Notes under the pieces: model-generated
What the model was told of the DNA's origin: nothing
The model's input: only the letters and a program-made list of their open reading frames with translations
Databases searched by the model: none
Assembly: GCF_003334255.1 (NCBI RefSeq)
Contig: NZ_QOWU01000012.1
DNA: 64,000 bases
Source of the DNA: Escherichia coli
Lineage (GTDB): Bacteria; Pseudomonadota; Gammaproteobacteria; Enterobacterales; Enterobacteriaceae
Direction: 5' to 3' (one strand)
Shown here: positions 22,658 through 33,388 of the stretch, piece by piece
How positions within the stretch are numbered: the first letter of the stretch is position 1
How the letters are laid out: the number at the start of each line of letters is the position of its first letter
Position numbers and translations under genes: made by a program

Positions 22658-23938
22658 ATGACCGAACATACCAGCAGTTACTACGCCGCCAGTGCGAATA
22701 AATATGCACCATTCGACACGCTGAATGAGTCAATCACCTGCGACGTTTGCGTGGTTGGCGGCGGCTATACCGGGCTCTCCTCCGCGCTGCATCTGGCGGA
22801 AGCGGGCTTTGACGTAGTGGTTCTCGAAGCCTCACGCATCGGCTTTGGCGCAAGCGGGCGCAATGGCGGACAGCTTGTGAACTCCTACAGCCGCGACATC
22901 GACGTGATCGAAAAAAGCTACGGCATGGACACCGCCCGTATGCTCGGCAGCATGATGTTCGAAGGTGGTGAGATCATCCGCGAACGTATCAAACGTTATC
23001 AGATTGACTGCGACTACCGCCCCGGCGGCCTGTTTGTGGCGATGAATGATAAACAGCTCGCCACACTTGAAGAGCAGAAAGAGAACTGGGAACGCTACGG
23101 CAATAAACAGCTGGAATTGCTGGACGCCAACGCCATTCGCCGTGAAGTAGCCAGCGATCGCTATACCGGTGCGCTGCTGGATCACAGCGGTGGGCATATT
23201 CATCCGCTAAACCTTGCCATTGGCGAAGCGGACGCCATCCGCCTCAACGGCGGGCGCGTGTATGAACTTTCTGCCGTGACGCAGATCCAGCACACCACGC
23301 CAGCCGTTGTGCGAACTGCCAAAGGTCAGGTGACGGCGAAGTATGTGATTGTCGCCGGGAATGCGTATCTGGGCGATAAAGTAGAGCCGGAACTGGCGAA
23401 ACGCAGCATGCCGTGCGGCACGCAGGTGATCACCACCGAACGGCTGTCGGAAGATTTAGCCCGTTCGCTGATCCCGAAAAACTACTGTGTGGAAGACTGT
23501 AACTATCTGCTTGATTACTACCGTCTTACCGCCGACAACCGCCTGCTGTACGGCGGCGGCGTGGTCTACGGCGCGCGCGACCCGGATGACGTTGAGCGCC
23601 TTGTGGTGCCGAAACTGCTGAAAACCTTCCCGCAGCTGAAGGGCGTGAAAATTGATTACCGCTGGACGGGCAACTTCCTGCTGACCCTGTCGCGTATGCC
23701 GCAGTTTGGTCGCCTCGATACCAACATCTATTACATGCAGGGCTACAGCGGCCACGGCGTGACCTGTACTCATCTAGCCGGACGTTTGATTGCCGAACTG
23801 CTGCGCGGCGACGCCGAACGTTTCGATGCCTTCGCCAATCTGCCGCATTACCCGTTCCCCGGCGGGCGCACGCTGCGTGTGCCGTTTACCGCGATGGGCG
23901 CGGCGTATTACAGCCTGCGCGATCGTCTGGGCGTTTAA
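22658..23938 (+). CDS. puuB: Gamma-glutamylputrescine oxidase PuuB
   Basis: 426 aa; FAD-binding GxGxxG (VVGGGYTGLSSA). Confidence 0.92.
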   Translation: MTEHTSSYYAASANKYAPFDTLNESITCDVCVVGGGYTGLSSALHLAEAGFDVVVLEASRIGFGASGRNGGQLVNSYSRDIDVIEKSYGMDTARMLGSMMFEGGEIIRERIKRYQIDCDYRPGGLFVAMNDKQLATLEEQKENWERYGNKQLELLDANAIRREVASDRYTGALLDHSGGHIHPLNLAIGEADAIRLNGGRVYELSAVTQIQHTTPAVVRTAKGQVTAKYVIVAGNAYLGDKVEPELAKRSMPCGTQVITTERLSEDLARSLIPKNYCVEDCNYLLDYYRLTADNRLLYGGGVVYGARDPDDVERLVVPKLLKTFPQLKGVKIDYRWTGNFLLTLSRMPQFGRLDTNIYYMQGYSGHGVTCTHLAGRLIAELLRGDAERFDAFANLPHYPFPGGRTLRVPFTAMGAAYYSLRDRLGV

Positions 23939-23975
23939 TTTCCGATTAACCGTGAAGAGTTAAAAGGTGTGAAAC

Positions 23976-25241
23976 ATGAGCAACAATGAATTCCATCAGC
24001 GTCGTCTTTCTGCCACTCCGCGCGGGGTTGGCGTGATGTGTAACTTCTTCGCCCAGTCGGCTGAAAACGCCACGCTGAAGGATGTTGAGGGCAACGAGTA
24101 CATCGATTTCGCCGCAGGCATTGCGGTGCTGAATACCGGACATCGCCACCCTGATCTGGTCGCGGCGGTGGAGCAGCAACTGCAACAGTTTACCCACACC
24201 GCGTATCAGATTGTGCCGTATGAAAGCTACGTCACCCTGGCGGAGAAAATCAACGCCCTTGCCCCGGTGAGCGGGCAGGCCAAAACCGCGTTCTTCACCA
24301 CCGGTGCGGAAGCGGTGGAAAACGCGGTGAAAATTGCTCGCGCCCATACCGGACGCCCTGGCGTGATTGCGTTTAGCGGCGGCTTTCACGGTCGTACGTA
24401 TATGACCATGGCGCTGACCGGAAAAGTTGCGCCGTACAAAATCGGCTTCGGCCCGTTCCCTGGTTCGGTGTATCACGTACCTTATCCGTCAGATTTACAC
24501 GGCATTTCAACACAGGACTCCCTCGACGCCATCGAACGCTTGTTTAAATCAGACATCGAAGCGAAGCAGGTGGCGGCGATTATTTTCGAACCGGTGCAGG
24601 GCGAGGGCGGTTTCAACGTTGCGCCAAAAGAGCTGGTTGCCGCTATTCGCCGCCTGTGCGACGAGCACGGTATTGTGATGATTGCTGATGAAGTGCAAAG
24701 CGGCTTTGCGCGTACCGGTAAGCTGTTTGCCATGGATCATTACGCCGATAAGCCGGATTTAATGACGATGGCGAAAAGCCTCGCGGGCGGGATGCCGCTT
24801 TCGGGCGTGGTCGGTAACGCGAATATTATGGACGCACCCGCGCCGGGCGGGCTTGGCGGCACCTACGCCGGTAACCCGCTGGCGGTGGCTGCCGCGCACG
24901 CGGTGCTCAACATTATCGACAAAGAATCACTCTGCGAACGCGCGAATCAACTGGGACAGCGTCTGACAAACACGCTGATTGATGCCAAAGAAAGCGTTCC
25001 GGCCATCGCGGCGGTACGCGGTCTGGGGTCTATGATTGCGGCAGAGTTTAACGATCCGCAAACGGGCGAGCCGTCAGCGGCGATTGCACAGAAAATCCAG
25101 CAACGCGCGCTGGCGCAGGGGCTGCTCCTGCTGACCTGTGGCGCATACGGCAACGTGATTCGCTTCCTGTATCCGCTGACCATCCCGGATGCGCAATTCG
25201 ATGCGGCAATGAAAATTTTGCAGGATGCGCTGAGCGATTAA
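23976..25241 (+). CDS. puuE: 4-aminobutyrate aminotransferase PuuE
   Basis: 421 aa; class-III PLP aminotransferase. Confidence 0.92.
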   Translation: MSNNEFHQRRLSATPRGVGVMCNFFAQSAENATLKDVEGNEYIDFAAGIAVLNTGHRHPDLVAAVEQQLQQFTHTAYQIVPYESYVTLAEKINALAPVSGQAKTAFFTTGAEAVENAVKIARAHTGRPGVIAFSGGFHGRTYMTMALTGKVAPYKIGFGPFPGSVYHVPYPSDLHGISTQDSLDAIERLFKSDIEAKQVAAIIFEPVQGEGGFNVAPKELVAAIRRLCDEHGIVMIADEVQSGFARTGKLFAMDHYADKPDLMTMAKSLAGGMPLSGVVGNANIMDAPAPGGLGGTYAGNPLAVAAAHAVLNIIDKESLCERANQLGQRLTNTLIDAKESVPAIAAVRGLGSMIAAEFNDPQTGEPSAAIAQKIQQRALAQGLLLLTCGAYGNVIRFLYPLTIPDAQFDAAMKILQDALSD

Positions 25242-25257
25242 TAGCCCAACGCAATAA

Positions 25258-25342
25258 TGTCTGATGCGCTGCGCTTATCAGGCCTGCAAACGACGTATTG
25301 ATTATGTATGCCGAATAAAGCATTCACGCCGCATCCGGCAAG
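25258..25342. repeat. REP/BIME-type palindromic units between puuE and pspF
   Basis: ctgatgcgctgcgcttatcaggcctgc and ccgaataaagcattcacgccgcatccggca both match REP consensus variants. Confidence 0.7.
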
Positions 25343-25360
25343 TTGTATTGCTCAACTTCG

Positions 25361-26338
25361 CTAAATCTGGTGCTTTTTCAACAACGCGCGGAACTGATGA
25401 TAAGTTAACCCCAGTAATTCAGCCGCGCGCTTCTGGTTATATTTCCCTTGTTGCAAACTGAGTTGCAGCAACTCTTTTTCCTGCTGCATCTGAAACTCAC
25501 GTAAATCCAGCGGCAGTGTTGGAAGCGAGGTGGTTTCTGAAACGGCGATAGCGTCTTCAGGCGGACGCCGTTTAAAGGGATCAATAATGATGTCATCAAG
25601 CGGATAATCGCTGGTGCCGTGGCGATACACTGAACGTTCCACCACGTTTTTCAATTCACGAATATTTCCCGGCCAACGATAATTCAGCAATGTTTCTCTG
25701 GCGCGCTCCGTAAACCCCGGGAACAGAGGCAGCTTGATTTCCCGACACATCTGGATGGCAAAGTGTTCTGCCATCAACATTATGTCGCTTTCGCGCTCGC
25801 GCAGTGGTGGCAGTTGTACAACATCAAAAGCCAGTCGGTCGAGCAGGTCAGCGCGAAAAGTGCCTTCATTGACCATCGCCGGGAGATCGGCATTCGTCGC
25901 GCATACCAACCGCACATTCACCTGCAATGGCTGGCTGCCGCCAACGCGCTCCAGTTCACCGTACTCAATCACGCGCAATAATTTCTCCTGCACCATCATC
26001 GGTGCCGTAGCGAGTTCATCAAGAAATAGCGTACCGCCGTCGGCACGTTCAAATCTCCCTGGATGACGTTTTTGCGCACCGGTAAACGCCCCCGCTTCGT
26101 GACCAAACAGTTCGGAATCCAGCAGATTTTCATTTAACGCCGCGCAGTTAAGGGAAATAAACGGCCCTTGCCAACGGGAGGAGAGATAATGCAGGCGGCT
26201 GGCAATCAGCTCTTTACCGGTGCCGCGTTCGCCGATGATGAGCACCGGTTTGTCCAGCGGTGCGAGATGCGAAACCTGTTCCAGCACTTCGAGAAAGCTG
26301 TTCGCCTCACCAAGTAAATTATCTTTGTATTCTGCCAT
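25361..26338 (-). CDS. pspF: Sigma-54 dependent activator PspF
   Basis: 325-aa product (MAEYKDNLLGEAN...); AAA+ sigma-54 interaction domain with GAFTGA loop and C-terminal HTH. Confidence 0.94.
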   Translation of the reverse strand: MAEYKDNLLGEANSFLEVLEQVSHLAPLDKPVLIIGERGTGKELIASRLHYLSSRWQGPFISLNCAALNENLLDSELFGHEAGAFTGAQKRHPGRFERADGGTLFLDELATAPMMVQEKLLRVIEYGELERVGGSQPLQVNVRLVCATNADLPAMVNEGTFRADLLDRLAFDVVQLPPLRERESDIMLMAEHFAIQMCREIKLPLFPGFTERARETLLNYRWPGNIRELKNVVERSVYRHGTSDYPLDDIIIDPFKRRPPEDAIAVSETTSLPTLPLDLREFQMQQEKELLQLSLQQGKYNQKRAAELLGLTYHQFRALLKKHQI

Positions 26339-26432
26339 GATGAAATTCGCCACTTGTTAGTGTAATTCGCTAATTCATCCTGGCATGTTGCTGATGATTC
26401 TTCAATCAGATCTTTATAAATCAAAAAGATAA

Positions 26433-27173
<741 letters not shown>

Positions 27174-27226
27174 TAACATCCAGGCGGCGTCCGAACGCGC
27201 CGCCGCTCATCGTCTAAGGAGTACTT

Positions 27227-27451
27227 ATGAGCGCGCTATTTCTGGCTATTCCGTTAACCATTTTTGTGCTGTTTGTTTTACCGATCTGGTTATGGCTGCA
27301 TTACAGCAATCGTTCTGGTCGCAGTGAATTGTCGCAAAGTGAGCAGCAGCGATTAGCGCAACTGGCTGATGAAGCAAAACGGATGCGCGAACGTATTCAG
27401 GCGCTGGAATCTATTCTTGATGCAGAACATCCGAACTGGAGGGATCGCTAA
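27227..27451 (+). CDS. pspB: Phage shock protein B
   Basis: 74 aa single-TM protein. Confidence 0.93.
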   Translation: MSALFLAIPLTIFVLFVLPIWLWLHYSNRSGRSELSQSEQQRLAQLADEAKRMRERIQALESILDAEHPNWRDR

Positions 27452-27810
27452 TGGCGGGCATTAATCTCAATAAAAAATTATGGCGTATTCCACAGCAGGG
27501 CATGGTCCGCGGCGTCTGCGCCGGGATTGCCAACTATTTTGATGTACCGGTAAAACTGGTGCGTATCCTGGTGGTGCTGTCGATTTTCTTCGGTCTGGCG
27601 CTGTTTACCCTGGTTGCTTACATCATTTTGTCATTTGCGCTTGATCCAATGCCGGACAACATGGCCTTTGGTGAGCAGCTACCTTCCAGCAGCGAATTGC
27701 TGGATGAAGTCGACCGTGAACTGGCGGCAAGTGAAACGCGTTTACGCGAGATGGAACGTTATGTCACTTCCGATACTTTCACGTTACGTAGCCGTTTCCG
27801 TCAACTGTGA
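27451..27810 (+). CDS. pspC: Phage shock protein C
   Basis: 119 aa; start overlaps the pspB stop. Confidence 0.93.
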
Positions 27811-27818
27811 GGAAAGTT

Positions 27819-28040
27819 ATGAATACTCGCTGGCAACAGGCCGGGCAAAAGGTAAAGCCTGGTTTCAAATTAGCAGGCAAGCTGGTACTTCTTACCGCAC
27901 TGCGCTATGGCCCGGCGGGTGTGGCGGGCTGGGCGATAAAATCAGTTGCTCGCCGACCGCTGAAAATGTTGCTGGCTGTGGCGCTGGAACCGCTGTTAAG
28001 TCGGGCTGCTAATAAACTGGCACAGCGTTATAAAAGGTGA
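27819..28040 (+). CDS. pspD: Phage shock protein D
   Basis: 73-aa product from ATG 27819 with RBS ggaaag upstream. Confidence 0.88.
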
Positions 28041-28114
28041 GGGGAGTTTCGCAAAAATTGTTAAATCTCAGGCGTATAATGGATGGCAATTTTCATCCAT
28101 AGAAGGACGCTTAC

Positions 28115-28429
28115 ATGTTTAAAAAAGGCTTACTTGCTCTGGCACTGGTGTTTTCACTGCCCGTTTTCGCCGCTGAACACTGGATCGATGTTCGTGTTCC
28201 AGAGCAGTATCAGCAAGAGCACGTTCAGGGGGCCATCAATATTCCCCTGAAGGAAGTGAAAGAGCGCATTGCCACCGCCGTTCCGGATAAAAACGACACC
28301 GTGAAAGTGTATTGCAATGCCGGACGCCAGTCAGGGCAAGCAAAAGAGATCCTTAGCGAGATGGGATATACCCACGTTGAGAACGCCGGTGGCCTGAAAG
28401 ACATCGCAATGCCGAAGGTCAAAGGTTAA
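28115..28429 (+). CDS. pspE: Periplasmic rhodanese (thiosulfate sulfurtransferase) PspE
   Basis: 104 aa; signal peptide; rhodanese active-site Cys (VYCNAGRQS). Confidence 0.93.
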   Translation: MFKKGLLALALVFSLPVFAAEHWIDVRVPEQYQQEHVQGAINIPLKEVKERIATAVPDKNDTVKVYCNAGRQSGQAKEILSEMGYTHVENAGGLKDIAMPKVKG

Positions 28430-28443
28430 AAGAATTCACCATG

Positions 28444-28470
28444 AGCGGCGCTTATGCGCCGTTTTTTTTT
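28444..28470 (+). terminator. Intrinsic terminator of the psp operon
   Basis: ggcgc ttat gcgcc stem followed by a run of 9 T. Confidence 0.85.
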
Positions 28471-28615
28471 CTGTCACACCTTATTTACATCCCCATAGAT
28501 TATTTGCGTCAGCTCACAAATACGCTTTTTCCCTGGTAAAAAATGATTTCCTGCGTGACTAAAACCCTTGTGCTCAATTGACAGTTTATTTTCTGCGGAG
28601 TAGTCTCTCGTTTCA

Positions 28616-28629
28616 TGGGACCGCTACCA
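28616..28629. promoter_or_regulatory. Candidate YcjW (LacI-family) operator upstream of ycjM
   Basis: TGGGACCGCTACCA, a partial palindrome around a central CG; identical 14-mer recurs at 38544-38557. Confidence 0.45.
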
Positions 28630-28641
28630 CGGAAAGGCAAC

Positions 28642-30321
28642 ATGAAACAGAAAATTACGGATTACCTGGACGAAATCTACGGTGGAACATTTACCGCAAC
28701 TCATTTACAGAAACTTGTAACGCGTCTTGAGAGTGCGAAACGATTAATTACACAGCGACGTAAAAAACACTGGGATGAAAGTGATGTCGTGTTAATTACC
28801 TATGCCGATCAATTTCACAGCAATGATTTAAAACCATTACCCACATTTAATCAGTTTTACCATCAATGGCTGCAAAGCATTTTTTCACATGTTCATTTGT
28901 TGCCGTTTTATCCATGGTCATCTGATGATGGCTTTTCGGTAATTGATTATCATCAGGTCGCCAGTGAAGCGGGGGAGTGGCAGGATATTCAGCAACTCGG
29001 TGAATGCAGTCATTTAATGTTTGATTTTGTCTGCAACCATATGTCGGCAAAAAGTGAATGGTTTAAAAACTATTTACAACAGCATCCAGGTTTTGAAGAT
29101 TTTTTTATTGCCGTTGACCCGCAAACCGATCTCAGCGCCGTCACTCGCCCGCGTGCGTTACCGTTATTAACGCCATTCCAGATGCGCGATCATTCAACGC
29201 GCCATTTATGGACCACCTTTAGTGACGATCAAATTGACCTGAATTACCGTAGCCCTGAAGTGTTGCTGGCGATGGTGGATGTTTTACTCTGTTACCTTGC
29301 GAAAGGTGCTGAGTATGTCCGCCTGGATGCCGTTGGCTTTATGTGGAAAGAGCCGGGAACAAGCTGCATCCATCTGGAAAAAACACATCTGATTATCAAA
29401 CTGTTACGGTCGATTATTGATAACGTTGCGCCAGGTACAGTGATCATTACCGAGACCAATGTTCCGCATAAAGACAACATTGCTTACTTTGGCGCAGGCG
29501 ATGACGAAGCACATATGGTGTACCAGTTCTCGCTGCCGCCACTGGTGCTGCATGCGGTGCAAAAACAGAACGTTGAGGCGCTTTGTGCGTGGGCGCAAAA
29601 CCTGACACTACCTTCCAGCAACACCACCTGGTTTAACTTCCTCGCCTCTCACGATGGCATCGGGCTAAACCCGCTACGGGGCTTGTTGCCTGAAAGCGAA
29701 ATATTAGAGCTGGTCGAGGCGTTACAGCAGGAAGGTGCATTAGTAAACTGGAAAAATAATCCCGACGGTACACGCAGTCCGTATGAAATAAATGTGACCT
29801 ATATGGATGCGTTAAGCCGCCGTGAGAGTAGCGATGAAGAACGTTGCGCCAGGTTTATCCTTGCCCATGCGATTTTGTTAAGTTTCCCCGGTGTGCCAGC
29901 GATATATATTCAAAGTATTCTTGGCTCGCGTAATGATTACGCAGGTGTCGAAAAACTCGGATATAACCGTGCGATTAACCGTAAAAAATATCACAGTAAA
30001 GAGATAACCCGAGAACTGAACGATGAAGCTACATTAAGGCATGCGGTATATCATGAGTTGTCGCGTTTAATTACACTTCGTCGCAGCCATAACGAGTTTC
30101 ATCCGGATAATAATTTTACCATTGATACGATTAATTCATCCGTAATGCGTATTCAAAGAAGTAACGCTGATGGTAATTGTCTGACTGGATTGTTTAATGT
30201 CAGTAAAAATATTCAGCATGTAAATATTACTAATCTGCATGGTCGGGATCTGATTAGTGAAGTTGATATATTGGGTAATGAAATAACGCTGCGCCCCTGG
30301 CAGGTTATGTGGATTAAATAA
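28642..30321 (+). CDS. ycjM: GH13 sucrose-phosphorylase-like glycoside phosphorylase YcjM
   Basis: 559-aa product from ATG 28642 (RBS ggaaagg); GH13_18 family. Confidence 0.88.
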   Translation: MKQKITDYLDEIYGGTFTATHLQKLVTRLESAKRLITQRRKKHWDESDVVLITYADQFHSNDLKPLPTFNQFYHQWLQSIFSHVHLLPFYPWSSDDGFSVIDYHQVASEAGEWQDIQQLGECSHLMFDFVCNHMSAKSEWFKNYLQQHPGFEDFFIAVDPQTDLSAVTRPRALPLLTPFQMRDHSTRHLWTTFSDDQIDLNYRSPEVLLAMVDVLLCYLAKGAEYVRLDAVGFMWKEPGTSCIHLEKTHLIIKLLRSIIDNVAPGTVIITETNVPHKDNIAYFGAGDDEAHMVYQFSLPPLVLHAVQKQNVEALCAWAQNLTLPSSNTTWFNFLASHDGIGLNPLRGLLPESEILELVEALQQEGALVNWKNNPDGTRSPYEINVTYMDALSRRESSDEERCARFILAHAILLSFPGVPAIYIQSILGSRNDYAGVEKLGYNRAINRKKYHSKEITRELNDEATLRHAVYHELSRLITLRRSHNEFHPDNNFTIDTINSSVMRIQRSNADGNCLTGLFNVSKNIQHVNITNLHGRDLISEVDILGNEITLRPWQVMWIK

Positions 30322-30334
30322 AAAGGAACATCTC

Positions 30335-31627
30335 ATGATTAAATCAAAAATCGTGCTGTTATCAGCACTGGTTTCATGCGCCCTGATTTCAGGCTGTAAA
30401 GAAGAAAATAAAACGAATGTATCCATCGAATTTATGCATTCTTCGGTGGAGCAGGAGCGCCAGGCCGTTATCAGAAAATTGATTGCCCGTTTTGAAAAAG
30501 AAAACCCTGGCATCACCGTTAAGCAAGTGCCCGTGGAAGAAGATGCTTATAACACTAAAGTCATTACTCTTTCACGTAGCGGTTCGCTGCCGGAAGTGAT
30601 CGAAACCAGCCATGACTACGCCAAAGTGATGGACAAAGAGCAGCTTATCGATCGCAAAGCGGTTGCCACAGTCATCAGCAACGTTGGTGAAGGCGCGTTT
30701 TACGATGGCGTACTGCGTATTGTGCGTACCGAAGATGGTAGCGCATGGACCGGTGTTCCTGTCAGCGCCTGGATTGGCGGTATCTGGTATCGCAAAGATG
30801 TGCTGGCAAAAGCGGGGCTTGAGGAGCCGAAAAACTGGCAACAGCTGCTGGACGTTGCACAGAAACTGAATGACCCGGCGAATAAAAAATACGGCATTGC
30901 GCTGCCTACAGCAGAAAGCGTGTTGACGGAACAATCCTTCTCCCAGTTTGCGTTATCCAACCAGGCTAACGTCTTTAACGCCGAAGGCAAAATCACCCTT
31001 GATACACCAGAGATGATGCAGGCACTGACCTATTACCGCGACCTTGCTGCCAACACTATGCCGGGTTCTAACGACATCATGGAAGTGAAAGACGCCTTTA
31101 TGAACGGCACCGCGCCGATGGCGATTTACTCCACCTATATCCTTCCGGCTGTGATTAAAGAAGGCGACCCGAAAAACGTCGGTTTCGTGGTGCCAACCGA
31201 GAAAAACTCTGCGGTCTACGGCATGTTGACCTCGCTGACCATTACCGCCGGGCAAAAGACCGAAGAGACGGAAGCAGCAGAAAAATTTGTCACCTTTATG
31301 GAGCAGGCAGACAACATTGCCGACTGGGTGATGATGTCGCCAGGTGCTGCGCTGCCGGTGAATAAAGCGGTGGTGACTACCGCCACCTGGAAAGACAACG
31401 ACGTTATTAAGGCGCTGGGTGAACTACCGAATCAGCTAATCGGTGAACTGCCAAATATTCAGGTTTTTGGCGCAGTAGGGGATAAAAACTTTACCCGCAT
31501 GGGTGATGTGACGGGTTCTGGCGTGGTGAGTTCAATGGTGCATAACGTCACCGTGGGTAAAGCCGATCTCTCTACTACGCTGCAAGCGAGCCAGAAAAAA
31601 CTGGATGAACTGATCGAACAGCACTAA
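30335..31627 (+). CDS. ycjN: ABC sugar transporter periplasmic binding protein YcjN
   Basis: 430 aa; lipoprotein-like signal (LISGC). Confidence 0.88.
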   Translation: MIKSKIVLLSALVSCALISGCKEENKTNVSIEFMHSSVEQERQAVIRKLIARFEKENPGITVKQVPVEEDAYNTKVITLSRSGSLPEVIETSHDYAKVMDKEQLIDRKAVATVISNVGEGAFYDGVLRIVRTEDGSAWTGVPVSAWIGGIWYRKDVLAKAGLEEPKNWQQLLDVAQKLNDPANKKYGIALPTAESVLTEQSFSQFALSNQANVFNAEGKITLDTPEMMQALTYYRDLAANTMPGSNDIMEVKDAFMNGTAPMAIYSTYILPAVIKEGDPKNVGFVVPTEKNSAVYGMLTSLTITAGQKTEETEAAEKFVTFMEQADNIADWVMMSPGAALPVNKAVVTTATWKDNDVIKALGELPNQLIGELPNIQVFGAVGDKNFTRMGDVTGSGVVSSMVHNVTVGKADLSTTLQASQKKLDELIEQH

Positions 31628-31647
31628 ACCCAGGACAGGAATCCGCA

Positions 31648-32529
31648 ATGAACAGGCTTTTTTCAGGTCGTTCCGATATGCCCTTTGCGCTGCTGCTTCT
31701 CGCGCCCAGCTTATTACTGCTGGGCGGTCTGGTGGCGTGGCCGATGGTGTCGAATATCGAAATCAGTTTTTTACGTCTGCCGCTCAATCCCAACATCGAG
31801 TCAATGTTTGTTGGGGTGAGCAACTATGTGCGTATCCTCTCCGATCCCGGCTTCTGGCATTCGCTGTGGATGACGGTCTGGTATACCGCGCTGGTGGTGG
31901 CGGGCAGCACCGTGCTCGGGCTGGCGGTGGCGATGTTTTTCAACCGCGAGTTCCGCCTGCGCAAAACCGCGCGTTCGCTGGTGATCCTCTCCTACGTAAC
32001 GCCGTCCATTTCGCTGGTGTTCGCCTGGAAATACATGTTCAACAACGGCTACGGCATTGTTAACTACCTCGGCGTCGATCTTCTGCATCTCTATGAGCAG
32101 GCACCGCTGTGGTTCGATAATCCGGGCAGTAGCTTTGTGCTGGTGGTGCTGTTCGCCATCTGGCGCTACTTCCCGTATGCCTTTATCTCGTTTCTGGCGA
32201 TTTTGCAGACCATCGACAAATCGCTGTACGAAGCGGCAGAGATGGATGGCGCTAATGCCTGGCAACGGTTTCGTATCGTCACGCTGCCCGCAATTATGCC
32301 GGTCCTGGCGACGGTGGTGACACTGCGCACCATCTGGATGTTCTACATGTTCGCGGATGTTTATTTGCTGACGACCAAGGTCGATATTCTCGGTGTATAT
32401 CTCTACAAAACCGCCTTTGCCTTTAATGATTTAGGAAAAGCGGCGGCGATCTCGGTGGTGCTCTTCATCATTATTTTCGCTGTCATTCTGCTGACCAGGA
32501 AACGGGTGAACCTCAATGGCAACAAATAA
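31648..32529 (+). CDS. ycjO: ABC sugar transporter permease YcjO
   Basis: 293 aa; MalF/UgpA-type permease. Confidence 0.88.
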   Translation: MNRLFSGRSDMPFALLLLAPSLLLLGGLVAWPMVSNIEISFLRLPLNPNIESMFVGVSNYVRILSDPGFWHSLWMTVWYTALVVAGSTVLGLAVAMFFNREFRLRKTARSLVILSYVTPSISLVFAWKYMFNNGYGIVNYLGVDLLHLYEQAPLWFDNPGSSFVLVVLFAIWRYFPYAFISFLAILQTIDKSLYEAAEMDGANAWQRFRIVTLPAIMPVLATVVTLRTIWMFYMFADVYLLTTKVDILGVYLYKTAFAFNDLGKAAAISVVLFIIIFAVILLTRKRVNLNGNK

Positions 32530-33358
32530 ACGCACACTCAGTCGCATCGGTTTTTACTGCGGGCTGGCGCTGTTTCTCATCATCACGCTGTTTCCATTTT
32601 TTGTGATGCTGATGACCTCGTTCAAGGGCGCGAAAGAGGCGATCTCACTGCATCCTACGCTGCTGCCGCAGCAGTGGACGCTGGAGCATTACGTCGACAT
32701 TTTTAACCCGATGATTTTCCCGTTTGTCGACTACTTCCGTAACAGTCTGGTGGTGTCTGTGGTTTCATCCGTGGTGGCGGTATTCCTCGGCATTCTTGGG
32801 GCTTACGCGCTTTCCCGCCTGCGCTTTAAAGGTCGGATGACCATCAACGCCAGCTTTTACACGGCGTATATGTTCTCTGGCATTTTGCTGGTGGTGCCGC
32901 TTTTCAAAATCATCACCGCGCTTGGCATTTACGACACTGAGATGGCGCTGATCATCACCATGGTGACGCAAACTCTGCCCACCGCCGTGTTTATGCTGAA
33001 AAGCTACTTCGACACCATCCCCGATGAGATCGAAGAAGCGGCGATGATGGATGGCCTCAACCGTCTGCAAATTATCTTCCGCATCACCGTGCCGTTGGCG
33101 ATGTCCGGGCTGATATCCGTGTTCGTCTACTGCTTTATGGTGGCGTGGAACGACTATCTGTTTGCGTCGATTTTCCTCTCCAGCGCCAGCAATTTCACCT
33201 TACCGGTGGGCCTGAACGCGCTGTTCAGTACGCCAGATTACATCTGGGGACGGATGATGGCGGCCTCACTGGTGACCGCATTGCCGGTGGTGATTATGTA
33301 TGCGCTTTCGGAACGTTTTATTAAGAGTGGTTTGACCGCCGGTGGCGTGAAGGGCTAA
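32516..33358 (+). CDS. ycjP: ABC sugar transporter permease YcjP
   Basis: 280 aa; MalG/UgpE-type permease; overlaps ycjO by 14 bp. Confidence 0.88.
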   Translation: MATNKRTLSRIGFYCGLALFLIITLFPFFVMLMTSFKGAKEAISLHPTLLPQQWTLEHYVDIFNPMIFPFVDYFRNSLVVSVVSSVVAVFLGILGAYALSRLRFKGRMTINASFYTAYMFSGILLVVPLFKIITALGIYDTEMALIITMVTQTLPTAVFMLKSYFDTIPDEIEEAAMMDGLNRLQIIFRITVPLAMSGLISVFVYCFMVAWNDYLFASIFLSSASNFTLPVGLNALFSTPDYIWGRMMAASLVTALPVVIMYALSERFIKSGLTAGGVKG

Positions 33359-33388
33359 AGCGGCCAGTTTCTTTACAAGGAGTTTTAA

